From: Trypanosoma brucei
Lineage: Eukaryota
Length of the DNA stretch: 64,000 nucleotides
Reading direction: 5' to 3'
NCBI GenBank assembly: GCA_000002445.1
Contig: CP000066.1
Location: 192,001-256,000, forward strand
Shown: positions 1 to 9,895 of the stretch, in pieces
Layout: each line of letters begins with the position of its first letter
Numbering within the stretch: position 1 is the stretch's first letter
Program-made: the position numbers and the translations under genes
The notes under the pieces: model-generated
Told to the model about the DNA's origin: nothing
Seen by the model: only the letters and a program-made list of their open reading frames with translations
The model's database searches: none

Positions 1-588
1 CAGTGTTAATGGAATGCGGGAGGGATGTCGGCGCTGATTAAACCGAAGTATCGCATGTGTCGCGCGCAGCTGAGATCTCACCTGCGTTTCGAAATCCTTC
101 AGATACGCCCGCCGTACCGGCTCATCCGCCACACCCGCTAACGCATCCGAAATGGCGGGATAACCACCAACATACGCCTCAACAAACGGGGAAGGCAGCT
201 TTGGCAACAACGAGGAGGAGAGAAGTGGGGCAAATCCAACCTCGTGGCCCTGAGCCACGAGCCGAGTAGCACACGCCAAGCAGCTCGCCAACCACAAAGC
301 CCGTGCAGTGGATATGTCAACACCACGACGCTGCAGGAACCTACACATTACGCGAATAGATGGCACTGCCACAGGTCGTAAGTCACCCCTCACCGTCTGT
401 GCATTAAGCGTTGACAGGTACGGGACGGAAAGCACCACATCTCCAGCGCCAATTGGCTGATCTGCATGAAGAGAAAGTAACGGCATCAAACCTTGCATGC
501 TTTGCCGAATGAACAATTTCTTGCTTACGATCCCATTTTGCGCGCACCACTCCCAGAAACCGGAAAAGGCTCCACCAGCATTCAACAT
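1..588 (-). CDS. Partial CDS, N-terminal part only, of a SET-domain-like protein (possible lysine methyltransferase). It is truncated by the left window edge.
   Basis: Hand translation of the minus strand gives an open frame from ATG at 586-588 to position 1, at least 196 codons with no stop. It is missing from the ORF track because it has no stop in the window. The sequence MLNAGGAFSGFWEW...QPIGAGDVVLSVPYLSTLNAQTV resembles the N-terminal strand of SET domains. In-frame ATGs at 498 and 486 are alternative starts. Confidence 0.4.
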   Translation of the reverse strand, partial: MLNAGGAFSGFWEWCAQNGIVSKKLFIRQSMQGLMPLLSLHADQPIGAGDVVLSVPYLSTLNAQTVRGDLRPVAVPSIRVMCRFLQRRGVDISTARALWLASCLACATRLVAQGHEVGFAPLLSSSLLPKLPSPFVEAYVGGYPAISDALAGVADEPVRRAYLKDFETQVRSQLRATHAILRFNQRRHPSRIPLTL

Positions 589-820
589 ACAAACTTACCC
601 TACCAAAGGATTTGCGGCGCTCGATACCTTTTCTTCAACGAGCCCTTCTTCGTGCGGGTAACCGCAGTAACCCCAACTGCTCCATTACAATGGAAACACA
701 AGGAAAAAATAAGAATGCAATGAAGGAAATTTGTGAACACCAGTCAAAGCAACCTGAAAAAAAATCAAAGAAAACAATTGCAATGGTAACAGATGGCCCC
801 AGTCCTTCAGCGATAATGAG

Positions 821-1387
821 CTAGTAGTCGCTCGCTTGTACAGCGAACGGATCCTCGACACGTGTTATTCCACCCAGTTCCCGGTGCCTACGCCACCGCG
901 GTTTTGGCACAACGTGGTTGACGCTAGGGTGCTGCCAGTAGTTTGGCCACGAGTTTGCCACATCCTGGTAACGGTGCGGAGCAAAATAGGCGTTGGAATC
1001 CGGAGTGGTGAAGCAAAGCATGGACGCCGCAGCCTTCTTACCATACTTGACCTCCATATTTTCGACTACTTTGGCATTGATTTCACGCTGCTGCTTGATC
1101 CGGTGCATCCAAATGGACCTACGGCGGATGGATTCCATGAGTTCTCGCATATGATAGTTCTCGCGCCGGTTTGGCACAAATTTAAATAAACCATTGGCGA
1201 GTGCATTCCCCGGGAACTTATTGTCAAATATCTTATCACGAACATAGAAGTGGCGAATTACCTCCCGATGCGCCTTGTGGAGCTGAATCAATTCATATGC
1301 AGAGGGATAAAACGTCATACGTCTAGGTACATTTTGCGTCCCAGCTACAACTGATCGGTACGAACCGCAACCGAACGCCCCCGACAT
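821..1387 (-). CDS. Conserved hypothetical protein of about 188 aa. Function unknown.
   Basis: Track ORF 821..1396, whose first codon is TTG. The first ATG is residue 4, at 1387. Basic and hydrophobic residues are well mixed and it sits head-to-tail in the minus-strand unit. No domain is confidently recognised. Confidence 0.45.
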   Translation of the reverse strand: MSGAFGCGSYRSVVAGTQNVPRRMTFYPSAYELIQLHKAHREVIRHFYVRDKIFDNKFPGNALANGLFKFVPNRRENYHMRELMESIRRRSIWMHRIKQQREINAKVVENMEVKYGKKAAASMLCFTTPDSNAYFAPHRYQDVANSWPNYWQHPSVNHVVPKPRWRRHRELGGITRVEDPFAVQASDY

Positions 1388-1728
1388 TACTAACAATGTG
1401 TGCTCGTTACACTCCTTTCCTTATCACTGCTTTTCACTGATATTCCTTTGGAATGGCACCTCCTTTGGCTACGAGGCACAGAATGAAGGAATAAACACAA
1501 ATTTGGCGAGGCACCTGTGCAGGAAGATACCGAAATACAAGAATCAGACGCGTCTCGCGAATTCATTTAAACGTTTTGTAAATAACCCCGTCTTCCTCCA
1601 TTCGTAGTGTCGCAAAAGAAATAGCCACACAAAAAGATTTGTCTCGATCCCCACAAAAACATCAGAGAAAACACGAAAGAGAGGGAAAGTTAGGCGTACA
1701 ATGCGCCCTCTGTGTGACACCCCAGATC

Positions 1729-2910
1729 CTACTTTTTGACAGCCTTTTTGTGTCCGGACGACGACTTCCGCTGCAATACGCCAGGCAACGCTACGGCACC
1801 GCGGTTCCTCTTCGTTCCCGCAGTAGATGCCTCCGAATTCACCTGCTTTTGTGGCTTCGTTATGGTAAAAAATTGGTCCAAGCGACCTTGGGTTTTCTTC
1901 GTAAGTGCGTCACGAAGCCGCTGAATACCCTTCAAAACGCGTTCCTTACTGAACAACTTTTCGTCGACAAGAAACTTTATCAGTCCCTCTTCGTCCGGCT
2001 CACGGAACTGGATATCGATCTCCTCACCCGGTGTTACCTCTGGTTCCAAGAAGAAGTTCCGCGCATCCTTGTAGTTGAACTCCTCTGGGACAACGTACCT
2101 CGTTCCGTCAAGTGACTCGATAAATGCCTCTAAACTCCCATACTTCTTGATACCCTCCCAGGCTTTATGGGGTCCAATTCCTGAAATTCTGGGGACGTAA
2201 TCACAACCAAGAAGAATACATAAATCTATGAACTGCTGCATTGAAAAACCGGAGGCTTCCAATATCTCATCGAGATGATACTCGGCAATGGGCCGCTTCT
2301 TCGCTTCACCATACGTTAAATGCCGCAACATCACCCGGGACCCAAACGCCAGGGCATCCATATCCTCTGTTCCTACCGCCCATGCCTTATTCTTTTTCAC
2401 CAGCTCAGCGCACTGGGCTTCTGCCTCAGAGGGTGCTTGAACAACAGGAATGCCCATTAAACGAAGTAGTGTCTTCACCTCCTCCATCTGATCCCTTCCC
2501 ACACGAACCATTCGCTTGCTCATCTTTTCCATGGCCTCATCATCTCCCTCCTCCTTTGCCTTTTCAAACTCATGCTTTGCATCCTCTGCCCTCTGACGCC
2601 GACTCTCAAGTTCAGAAGCCTTAAGGGTGGGCGGCTTACCATCAAACACGTATATAGGACGAAGTCCTTCATCTATCATTCTTAATGTACGAAAAAAAAT
2701 TCCACTTAAATGAGACGTAACATCCCCAGCTTCATTGGTCAACTCAACGCTCTGACCCTCTTGAAAGCCTTTCATGGCGATGACGAACTGATATACGGCC
2801 ATGGAGGCATCGATTGCGATGCGTCGACCGAAATAAACTTTCAGCTCTTGTTCCTTAATGGCGCCAGGAGTTCTGTCGTACAGAAGCTTCGAAAGGCCAA
2901 GAACACCCAT
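1729..2910 (-). CDS. FEN1: Flap endonuclease 1
   Basis: The 393-aa ORF with an ATG start aligns along its whole length to eukaryotic FEN1. Shared blocks include N-terminal MGVLGLSKLL, GRRIAIDASMAVYQF, TSHLSGIFFRTLRM, PIYVFDGKPPTLK, GIPVVQAPSEAEAQCA, TEDMDALAFG, FIDLCILLGCDY and a C-terminal basic tail. Confidence 0.95.
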   Translation of the reverse strand: MGVLGLSKLLYDRTPGAIKEQELKVYFGRRIAIDASMAVYQFVIAMKGFQEGQSVELTNEAGDVTSHLSGIFFRTLRMIDEGLRPIYVFDGKPPTLKASELESRRQRAEDAKHEFEKAKEEGDDEAMEKMSKRMVRVGRDQMEEVKTLLRLMGIPVVQAPSEAEAQCAELVKKNKAWAVGTEDMDALAFGSRVMLRHLTYGEAKKRPIAEYHLDEILEASGFSMQQFIDLCILLGCDYVPRISGIGPHKAWEGIKKYGSLEAFIESLDGTRYVVPEEFNYKDARNFFLEPEVTPGEEIDIQFREPDEEGLIKFLVDEKLFSKERVLKGIQRLRDALTKKTQGRLDQFFTITKPQKQVNSEASTAGTKRNRGAVALPGVLQRKSSSGHKKAVKK

Positions 2911-3484
2911 TATCCTCGCCGGACTCGAGAATCAACGAAACACTTTCCGGAAAGAATTGTGAGGAAAGGCAGTAGCAAAAAGTGTGACATTTACTATGCA
3001 CAGCAGTAGAACGAGTTCGGGTTGAAAATACAAATAAATGCACAGACAAAAAAAATAATAAACAAACAAATGTATATTTAGTTAAGCAAAGAAGGTGCAG
3101 ATACTGGATAATTTTGCAACTCCTGTAGAATACAGTCTCCACTCCACTCATCACTACAAGGGGAGAAAAAAAATGGAGAAGAAAACACGCACTCGCATGC
3201 CGAATGACTCACAACATACACACATACTTTGCAACCCAATGTCTACTGGCCTTAATAAGCACATTCACATCAGAAATATATCGGCACATCAGGAGGCAAC
3301 AAATGTTTTGGATGGTGTAAAAGAAATATTTCCTCATGTTTGTCTAGTGGAATCATCCTCTTGTCAGCTCAGTCATATTATAAGTTTATTATTGCGTGTA
3401 ACTTCTTCACACATTCATATTTTTCCCCCTTTCCTTTTGGAAGTGCTTTAGAGTTGACCGATGCTGCGTCGTCTCCTCTCTTCC

Positions 3485-4651
3485 TTAAGGGGTTTGCAAC
3501 AACCAAGATAGCACTCCTATCGCGCATGAAATCAAAACCAATACGGCTACGTGAAGCGAATAGTCACCCTTATTCCTCCGTCCGTCACCGTCAGTGACGT
3601 TTCCAGGGCCAGCAGCTGCTAGCAGCTGTTGCTCACCGCTAGTTTTATCCACCGACATTTTCGTTGAGGTGAAATGAGGCTCTAGAAGAACTCGAGACGA
3701 TGATAGTCTCTCCCCTGCACCGTCCTCAATCAACTCCCTCACTTGTCTCCACTGCTCCCGAGTGTGACCGGTCGCATCGCCAGTAGTGTGAATATATGCC
3801 CATTGGTAAATCAATGCAGGATTCCTCAGAGAACAAACACGAAGAATCCTTACCTGTGGTTGCTCACCAATTTTATCAATAAAACTAACGATGCTACGGT
3901 AAATATCTAACCCACAGGTATGCTGTGGGGCGAATGTTACATGTACGCAAATCAGCTCATCGTCCAAGTCTCTCTTTGCACCCAACTGCACAGCGTAAAT
4001 ATCCTTATATAGGTTCCAAATGTCACAATCCGCAAGCAAACGGCTACTGCGCAAGTCAACTATAGGGGAACTCGTCGTCGCACGGCCCCTTGCCCTTAGA
4101 ACAAGTGGCAATTTATCTAGTGGAGACACCAAATAACAGGGTAACGACACGAACGTTATTTCCGCTGTTGTAACCTTAAGTTCTACCCTACCACCAGGTT
4201 GAAGCAACTCGCATTTCTTCACCGCGCTATCTCCCCATATCACTGCGAAGAGTAAATTCACGCGAGGATTTTCTTTCAACAAACTTCGCAACTGAATAGT
4301 TGAGTATCCGCCGGTGTCTGAAAGCATAACGCCTAAAAAAAGAACACCACAGGGTAAAATCTGTTCAAGACAGTCTACCTGTTCAGAGATGACCTCAAGA
4401 TCCAGGCAAGGAATAGCGTCAAAGACGGTGCATACAGCATGAGCGTTGCTCGAGCCGTTCCTACAGACGCTACGCTGTCCCACCAAAATGGAGGGATTAA
4501 ACGACTCGCCAGTGGGAAGGGCACTCGGTGGAAGCACCACAGAAACATTCATGCCCCCAACAAACACCCTAGTAAAGACTTCTTTTGCTTCGTTGGTTTG
4601 GACAGGTAGAGAAGTGAGAAATTCAGTGGCGCCAACTAACCAGGCAAACAT
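3485..4651 (-). CDS. Hypothetical protein of about 388 aa with a predicted C-terminal transmembrane (tail-anchor) helix.
   Basis: Track ORF 3485..4657 has GTG as first codon. The first ATG is residue 3, at 4651. Coding-like composition across 390 codons. The C-terminal hydrophobic stretch LHVAVLVLISCAIGVLSWLL is followed by only 4 residues. No family recognised. Confidence 0.55.
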   Translation of the reverse strand: MFAWLVGATEFLTSLPVQTNEAKEVFTRVFVGGMNVSVVLPPSALPTGESFNPSILVGQRSVCRNGSSNAHAVCTVFDAIPCLDLEVISEQVDCLEQILPCGVLFLGVMLSDTGGYSTIQLRSLLKENPRVNLLFAVIWGDSAVKKCELLQPGGRVELKVTTAEITFVSLPCYLVSPLDKLPLVLRARGRATTSSPIVDLRSSRLLADCDIWNLYKDIYAVQLGAKRDLDDELICVHVTFAPQHTCGLDIYRSIVSFIDKIGEQPQVRILRVCSLRNPALIYQWAYIHTTGDATGHTREQWRQVRELIEDGAGERLSSSRVLLEPHFTSTKMSVDKTSGEQQLLAAAGPGNVTDGDGRRNKGDYSLHVAVLVLISCAIGVLSWLLQTP

Positions 4652-6107
4652 GCACACTACCTTGTGATCGTCAGCAATGCGGTGACTTCCATGGGGTTAA
4701 AGTTGGTTACAGTTGCACCACAAGCTATTAAGGCAACGAGCGGTAGCCTTTAAATGAATAAAAACAATGATCTCAACACACAGCCGAAGTACTTGGCAGC
4801 ACTCCAGGTAGAATGGTTACTTCGCCACAACTTCATTCGATGCACATATTTCTAAGTGTATAGACAGTTCTTTCCTCTCTTTTCCCCTCCCAGAGTGGGT
4901 GGAGTGTGCTGTTACAGCTCCAGCCACTTTCCTACACCCGCCATTATACAGTGGCCATACAAGCCATTCGCTGAAGCGGGTCGCTTTCAAAATGTGGACC
5001 GCGGGAGAATGCAATGACGGTCCGTCACAAATAATGAAGGTCGCAACAAATGATAATAATAAAAATAATAGACGGGTACTGCGGAAGAATACAAAAATAG
5101 CACTAAAAGAACAGAGGGTTGCACACAGAGGCTAAAGTAACGACCAAGGCGGGTCAAACAAATGGGAAGAGTAACGGGTGAACGAGCAACTTACATACAT
5201 TTGCCACCTGACTAATATGAAGGACTAATGTAAGTAGATTCACTTTCTGTGGAAAGTACTTGCGATCTTCGGTGCCCTTTAACTCCTGTCCTACTACTGG
5301 AGTTTGGTACAAACTTGGGGTTATTTACTTCTTTGTTTGTTCTTTTTTTTTTTAATATGATCACTAACACAAAAGCAGGAAACGGCATGGATATCGAACA
5401 TCGTACATTTACAAGATGATTTTTACTATTAGCATACGGGTCGTTCTGTGTTACCCAATGCAACAACTTTTCTCGTTGCATGACCCAATTTCCCCAACTT
5501 ACCCATTCCTCTTTCGCACCCTAGGCATCGTGTCCGTGACACACAGCAATAACCACCACCTTTTCTCCGGACTGAGTTAAAGCAAAAAATAATTATGACA
5601 GCAAAACCCATTTTTTTTTTTTACAAATAATCACATATGATGCAGGGGATAGAATTAGCTAAACCCCCTTTAAAAAAAAAAATAGCATTAAAAAAAACTG
5701 TCGGCCAACACCTGGAAACATGAAGAACATGGGAATACAGTGCCCATACGTATTTAGAAAAGTTATTGAAGAACAACCTTCTGTTGCTTAACGATACCAA
5801 TATCATGTACAAAAAATAAAATAAGCAAATACAATTGCTGAGTATAGGGATAACACTTACGTTGACAATGTGCGCTAATGCCGCCTTTCCGAATTTAAGA
5901 GATTGCTGTGATTACATCGCCTATACGTTGGCTGTCGCCTCGCACGTCCGAACAAGCTTCAGCAAGAAAAGAAAGTTCTCCTGTACTCCACCTTGCAATC
6001 AACCTCCCCATCAGTCATTCACAGCGATAAGTGAATTACAGTTTTTTCCCCCGTGTCTTGACTTTTTCCATATTGAATCGACGACAGTCGAAGGGAACCA
6101 ACAATGG

Positions 6108-8372
6108 TCACGCACGTTCCCCTACGCTTTTTGTTGTATCCACACCATCCACTACGGTGTCTGGGAGCTCGCTACCTACCACTTCAGGCAGTCTTGTTAG
6201 ATTAATCGATCGATTTAGCACGCGCCTCGGCTCCACACAATGCTTGCTGCGACCGGTGGAAGATATTTCAGGTAGTACGAGGGAGCCGGAGCGATTCATC
6301 AGCCGACGGCCACTACTTGCGCTACCTTCATAAATTACTCCGCCTTTTGCTGAAGGAGTAGCGTCTTCCCCAACTAACCCTGATTCGCTATCCAACTCAA
6401 ATATTTCAATCATTGCTTCATCCGGCACAAACGAGTACTTCAACTGACGCGACATACGAAGTCCATCAGGGCGGTGTCGTCTTCTCTTTTTCTCTGAAGA
6501 GGCAACCGCAGAATGATTGAGTGAAGTACTATAATACTTGTCCCCAATTTCCATCGAACCACCGAGAACGCCAACATACACAGAATCTTTTGATGCATCT
6601 CCATGTCCTTTGCACGGTGTTGTTCTAGTCGGATATACCTTGTAGACGATGTCCCTCTTTTCAATCTCCCCAGCGAACTCGCCAGGAACTTCCAGCAACG
6701 AAAAACTTGAGCGAGACACTCCTTTCTTTGAGCGACGGCTTTGTCCTTGTCTGTCTTTTCGTGGGGTTTTGGTGGCGTTTCTTGTGCCTAATGAAGGTAT
6801 GATCTTTATGTCTTCTGCCGTTTCGGGAATTTCACAACCTTCATTAACTTCAAGATCTGAGAATGTAATCGAACGCTCGTTGACTTTGTGTGCGCGACGC
6901 CTTTTGGAAGGATAGAGAGTCTTCTTGTCACACGATTCATGTCGAATCACGGACAGGCTGAGCGAATCCAACTCACTTGCCACAACATCATCAAGAAGTG
7001 ATATATTACGGTTCGGTGGATGCTTCCGCCGTTTTTTCCTCGAACACTTCTCAGCAGGTTGGTTGGGGTGTTCATTCAATGCGACGCCACCGCTTCGGTG
7101 GCGCCGCATTTCGGACGTCTCTTCCTCCACAATCTCACCTGCAAAGTCATCAAAAATAACATCCACAAGTTGTGAAACATGGTTTTTATTCACACGCTTC
7201 CTACGGATGTGTCTTGGAGACTCTGCCAGCGTTGTTACCATTACCGATGCATAGCTCCTATTTTCTGATGGCAAAACCTTTGTGCGGCTTTCCACCATCC
7301 TGATCTGCGGCATAGTCAACACCGACTCTTTAACGTCGCCGGGACAGCCTTCCCTACAAAACAAGTCACCAGCTGGCTTACTGACAACAGTACAGGTGCC
7401 CCCGATCCACTCATTTACAGCAATTGGTATAGTGATTCCTCTCATTACGCAATGCTTCCTCACGACAGTCCCTGCGTCCCCATCGTGTTTCGACACCGCG
7501 TTTGATATTGTTATCTCTGGAATCTTATTGACAGCCTCTTTGATTTGTTTATCGATACACTCCAGAGCCTCCATCTCGTCATTCCCAGCTGTTTTCAGCT
7601 TCATTTCCCTCGCTTCAATATAAGCTGCCACCTGTTTTAGATGATATAACTGCTCCTTAAAGCTAGGGTTATCCCAATCAACATCTTCAAACTCCTCCGG
7701 AGTAACCTCCACATCGGGATCCCGCAAACGCTTTATCAATTTTTTTATGCATGTGGTTTGAAGTGGATCTTCCGGCGGCGTGGTACCGGGGATTCGCTCC
7801 CCTGACTCAACAGCTTCATATACCTTCTCTTGAAAACAGCCTTGGGCGGGGTGAGCACGACCACGGCATATGCTAATATTAAAGTAATCGTCAGATACGC
7901 TTGTCCCTTCGTAGCTGTCACCATCTTCGTCAGTATGATAAACTACTGCTTCCGGTTGAGCTGATACAGCGCGACCGGTTCTCACCACAAGTGAAAAATG
8001 AAGTGGCTGAAAGTCTGCGCTATTATCTGATGAGTAGTATGAGCTGGTTTCCTCCTCTTCTTCCTCACCGATCGTAGCTGAGTAGATTCTCTCTGGAATA
8101 TAGCCGATGCCCCTATTATCCCTCCCCCGAAATTGACTAGCACGAAGCGGGGAGACATCGCTTTCTCCAAAAGAACCCGAGTCAGTACTGTCAACAGATG
8201 AAGTCTCGAAGTCAGCCCCGCCCCGTCGAGATATACTGGACAACGAGTAGCGCGAAAACTTTGCTTCACAATGATCTTTTACAGAACGCTGTTTACAAAT
8301 TCCGCTACATGGTAACCCGTCCCACTCGGACTTCAGGATTCCAGATAAGCTAGCTTCGCTCGCCAACGTCAT
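6108..8372 (-). CDS. Hypothetical 754-aa Ser-rich protein with several basic NLS-like clusters.
   Basis: Long ORF with an ATG start. Basic clusters KKRRRH, RKKRRKH and KRRRAHK suggest nuclear localisation. An acidic stretch EEEEEETSSYYSSD is also present. No conserved domain recognised. Confidence 0.55.
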   Translation of the reverse strand: MTLASEASLSGILKSEWDGLPCSGICKQRSVKDHCEAKFSRYSLSSISRRGGADFETSSVDSTDSGSFGESDVSPLRASQFRGRDNRGIGYIPERIYSATIGEEEEEETSSYYSSDNSADFQPLHFSLVVRTGRAVSAQPEAVVYHTDEDGDSYEGTSVSDDYFNISICRGRAHPAQGCFQEKVYEAVESGERIPGTTPPEDPLQTTCIKKLIKRLRDPDVEVTPEEFEDVDWDNPSFKEQLYHLKQVAAYIEAREMKLKTAGNDEMEALECIDKQIKEAVNKIPEITISNAVSKHDGDAGTVVRKHCVMRGITIPIAVNEWIGGTCTVVSKPAGDLFCREGCPGDVKESVLTMPQIRMVESRTKVLPSENRSYASVMVTTLAESPRHIRRKRVNKNHVSQLVDVIFDDFAGEIVEEETSEMRRHRSGGVALNEHPNQPAEKCSRKKRRKHPPNRNISLLDDVVASELDSLSLSVIRHESCDKKTLYPSKRRRAHKVNERSITFSDLEVNEGCEIPETAEDIKIIPSLGTRNATKTPRKDRQGQSRRSKKGVSRSSFSLLEVPGEFAGEIEKRDIVYKVYPTRTTPCKGHGDASKDSVYVGVLGGSMEIGDKYYSTSLNHSAVASSEKKRRRHRPDGLRMSRQLKYSFVPDEAMIEIFELDSESGLVGEDATPSAKGGVIYEGSASSGRRLMNRSGSLVLPEISSTGRSKHCVEPRRVLNRSINLTRLPEVVGSELPDTVVDGVDTTKSVGERA

Positions 8373-8696
8373 GACGAAAAAGTCCCAATGTGCAAAAAAA
8401 AAGGTTATATATGTACAGATATATACTTTTCCCTACTGTGAACCTGACTCGCTAAACCTTGGTGCAAGAAAAGAAGGAACACGACTGTGTGAGCCACTTC
8501 GGTCAACGGGTAAGAGAATTGAGTATTTTTTTTCCATCATTTTCTTCGAGGAGCAAAGTTACGGTAGGGTGCCAACGCCAAAACAACCATCCTTCACAAA
8601 ATGCTAACGGTAAACGCCTGCTAACTACAGTTGGCTGATGCTGCAAAAATGTCTTCTCGCCCTTCATGAAATGTTGGAGTTTCACTGACGCGCGAA

Positions 8697-8708
8697 CCCC
8701 CCCCCCCC
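8697..8708. repeat. C12 homopolymer, which is G12 on the minus (sense) strand of the left unit.
   Basis: Read directly from the sequence. It lies between the 754-aa gene and ACP. Confidence 0.9.
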
Positions 8709-9448
8709 TCCTCCTCAGGCATGTAGAACTTGGCAACTACCATCAGCCAGTGGTGACCTCCCAAACAATATAACCAATATCGTGCGCAGCACTACAATCA
8801 CAAAGAAAACTTCTCCAAACATCCGGAATGCATAAAGCATGGTAAGATCTGCAGCTCTGATAGCTAACTCTCAACCAGGTTTCCCCCAGGAGCTGCCCGT
8901 AACAGTTGTTTTGCTCAGCGAAGAAAAAGGTGCTCAAACAATTCACACGCAAAAAACATAATAACACTCATCGATGTGATCAATCACCATAGCATATGTC
9001 TGTGGAGTTCTTATGGGGAACAAACACACCTTCACACATTTGATTTTTTCGCTAAGGAAGGAGCACTAAGAGAATAGCGATACGACGGTAAATATTTCTA
9101 GGGAATGAGCCCACAAGAAAGTATTGGTGGAACTCCTCCAAGAACATCGTACAGTTTCTCAAGAAATAGATAACCCGAACACCAGGGGGGAAAACGTTCA
9201 CAAAAAAAAAGACCTCTTCACCCAACGTACGACGTTTGCATGATCCTACCCCCTTCATTTCCTTAAGTTAGTGATGTGCACGGTAATATTTACTGCCGAA
9301 GTGATAATCATTCATCCACCATAAATTACTTTCTGCAATCACTCACAACCAACGTTTACACCCTTCATTACAACCTTTTCCTCCATGTTGTTATGGGCGC
9401 GCGTTTAGCGCCTATTACGACATCCCTAACTAGTATCATGAACAGCTC

Positions 9449-9895
9449 TTACTTGGCCATTGGGTTCTGAGAAATGTACTCCACTGCATCGGTAATAGAC
9501 TGAATTTTCTCGGCATCATGATCTGGGATGTCTAAAATAAACTCTTGCTCGATAGCAAAAACAACTTCAACAACGTCCAGTGAGTTCAATCCAAGATCAT
9601 TGACGAAGTGTGACTGCGGTGTTACCTTTGAGGCATCGACTTTCTCAAAGTTTTTGACGACTTCAAGTACACGTGTCAGAACGTCATCTTTGTTTAGGAG
9701 GTACTGCCCAGTTCGACCGGCTTCCTCCCCCGCTGCGTGACCTTCAGAGTGAAACCGAACAGGAAGGTACATCGGAATAGTAACAGCTTGAGTAGCCATA
9801 ACCTTCCATGTCGACACTGCGTGGCACCGGCCACGGAGTAGAGAATAAGCGCCAACCTGTGTGGCAAACTTCCTTGCAAGTTGAGACCGCTGCAT
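9449..9895 (-). CDS. ACP: Mitochondrial acyl carrier protein: a phosphopantetheine-binding ACP domain preceded by a long N-terminal presequence.
   Basis: The C-terminal 80 aa carry the ACP signature DLGLNSLDVVEVVFAIEQEF around the Ser attachment site, followed by IPDHDAEKIQSITDAVEYI. Track ORF 9449..9961 starts with GTG. The first ATG is residue 23 (MQRSQLARKF...), at about 9895. The basic and hydroxylated N-terminus fits a mitochondrial targeting sequence. Confidence 0.85.
   Translation of the reverse strand: MQRSQLARKFATQVGAYSLLRGRCHAVSTWKVMATQAVTIPMYLPVRFHSEGHAAGEEAGRTGQYLLNKDDVLTRVLEVVKNFEKVDASKVTPQSHFVNDLGLNSLDVVEVVFAIEQEFILDIPDHDAEKIQSITDAVEYISQNPMAK

Noticed and set aside
2241-2624. 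A 127-aa plus-strand ORF antisense to FEN1.
   Set aside because: It lies entirely within the well-supported FEN1 CDS on the opposite strand. It is Pro-rich and low-complexity, a typical antisense shadow ORF.
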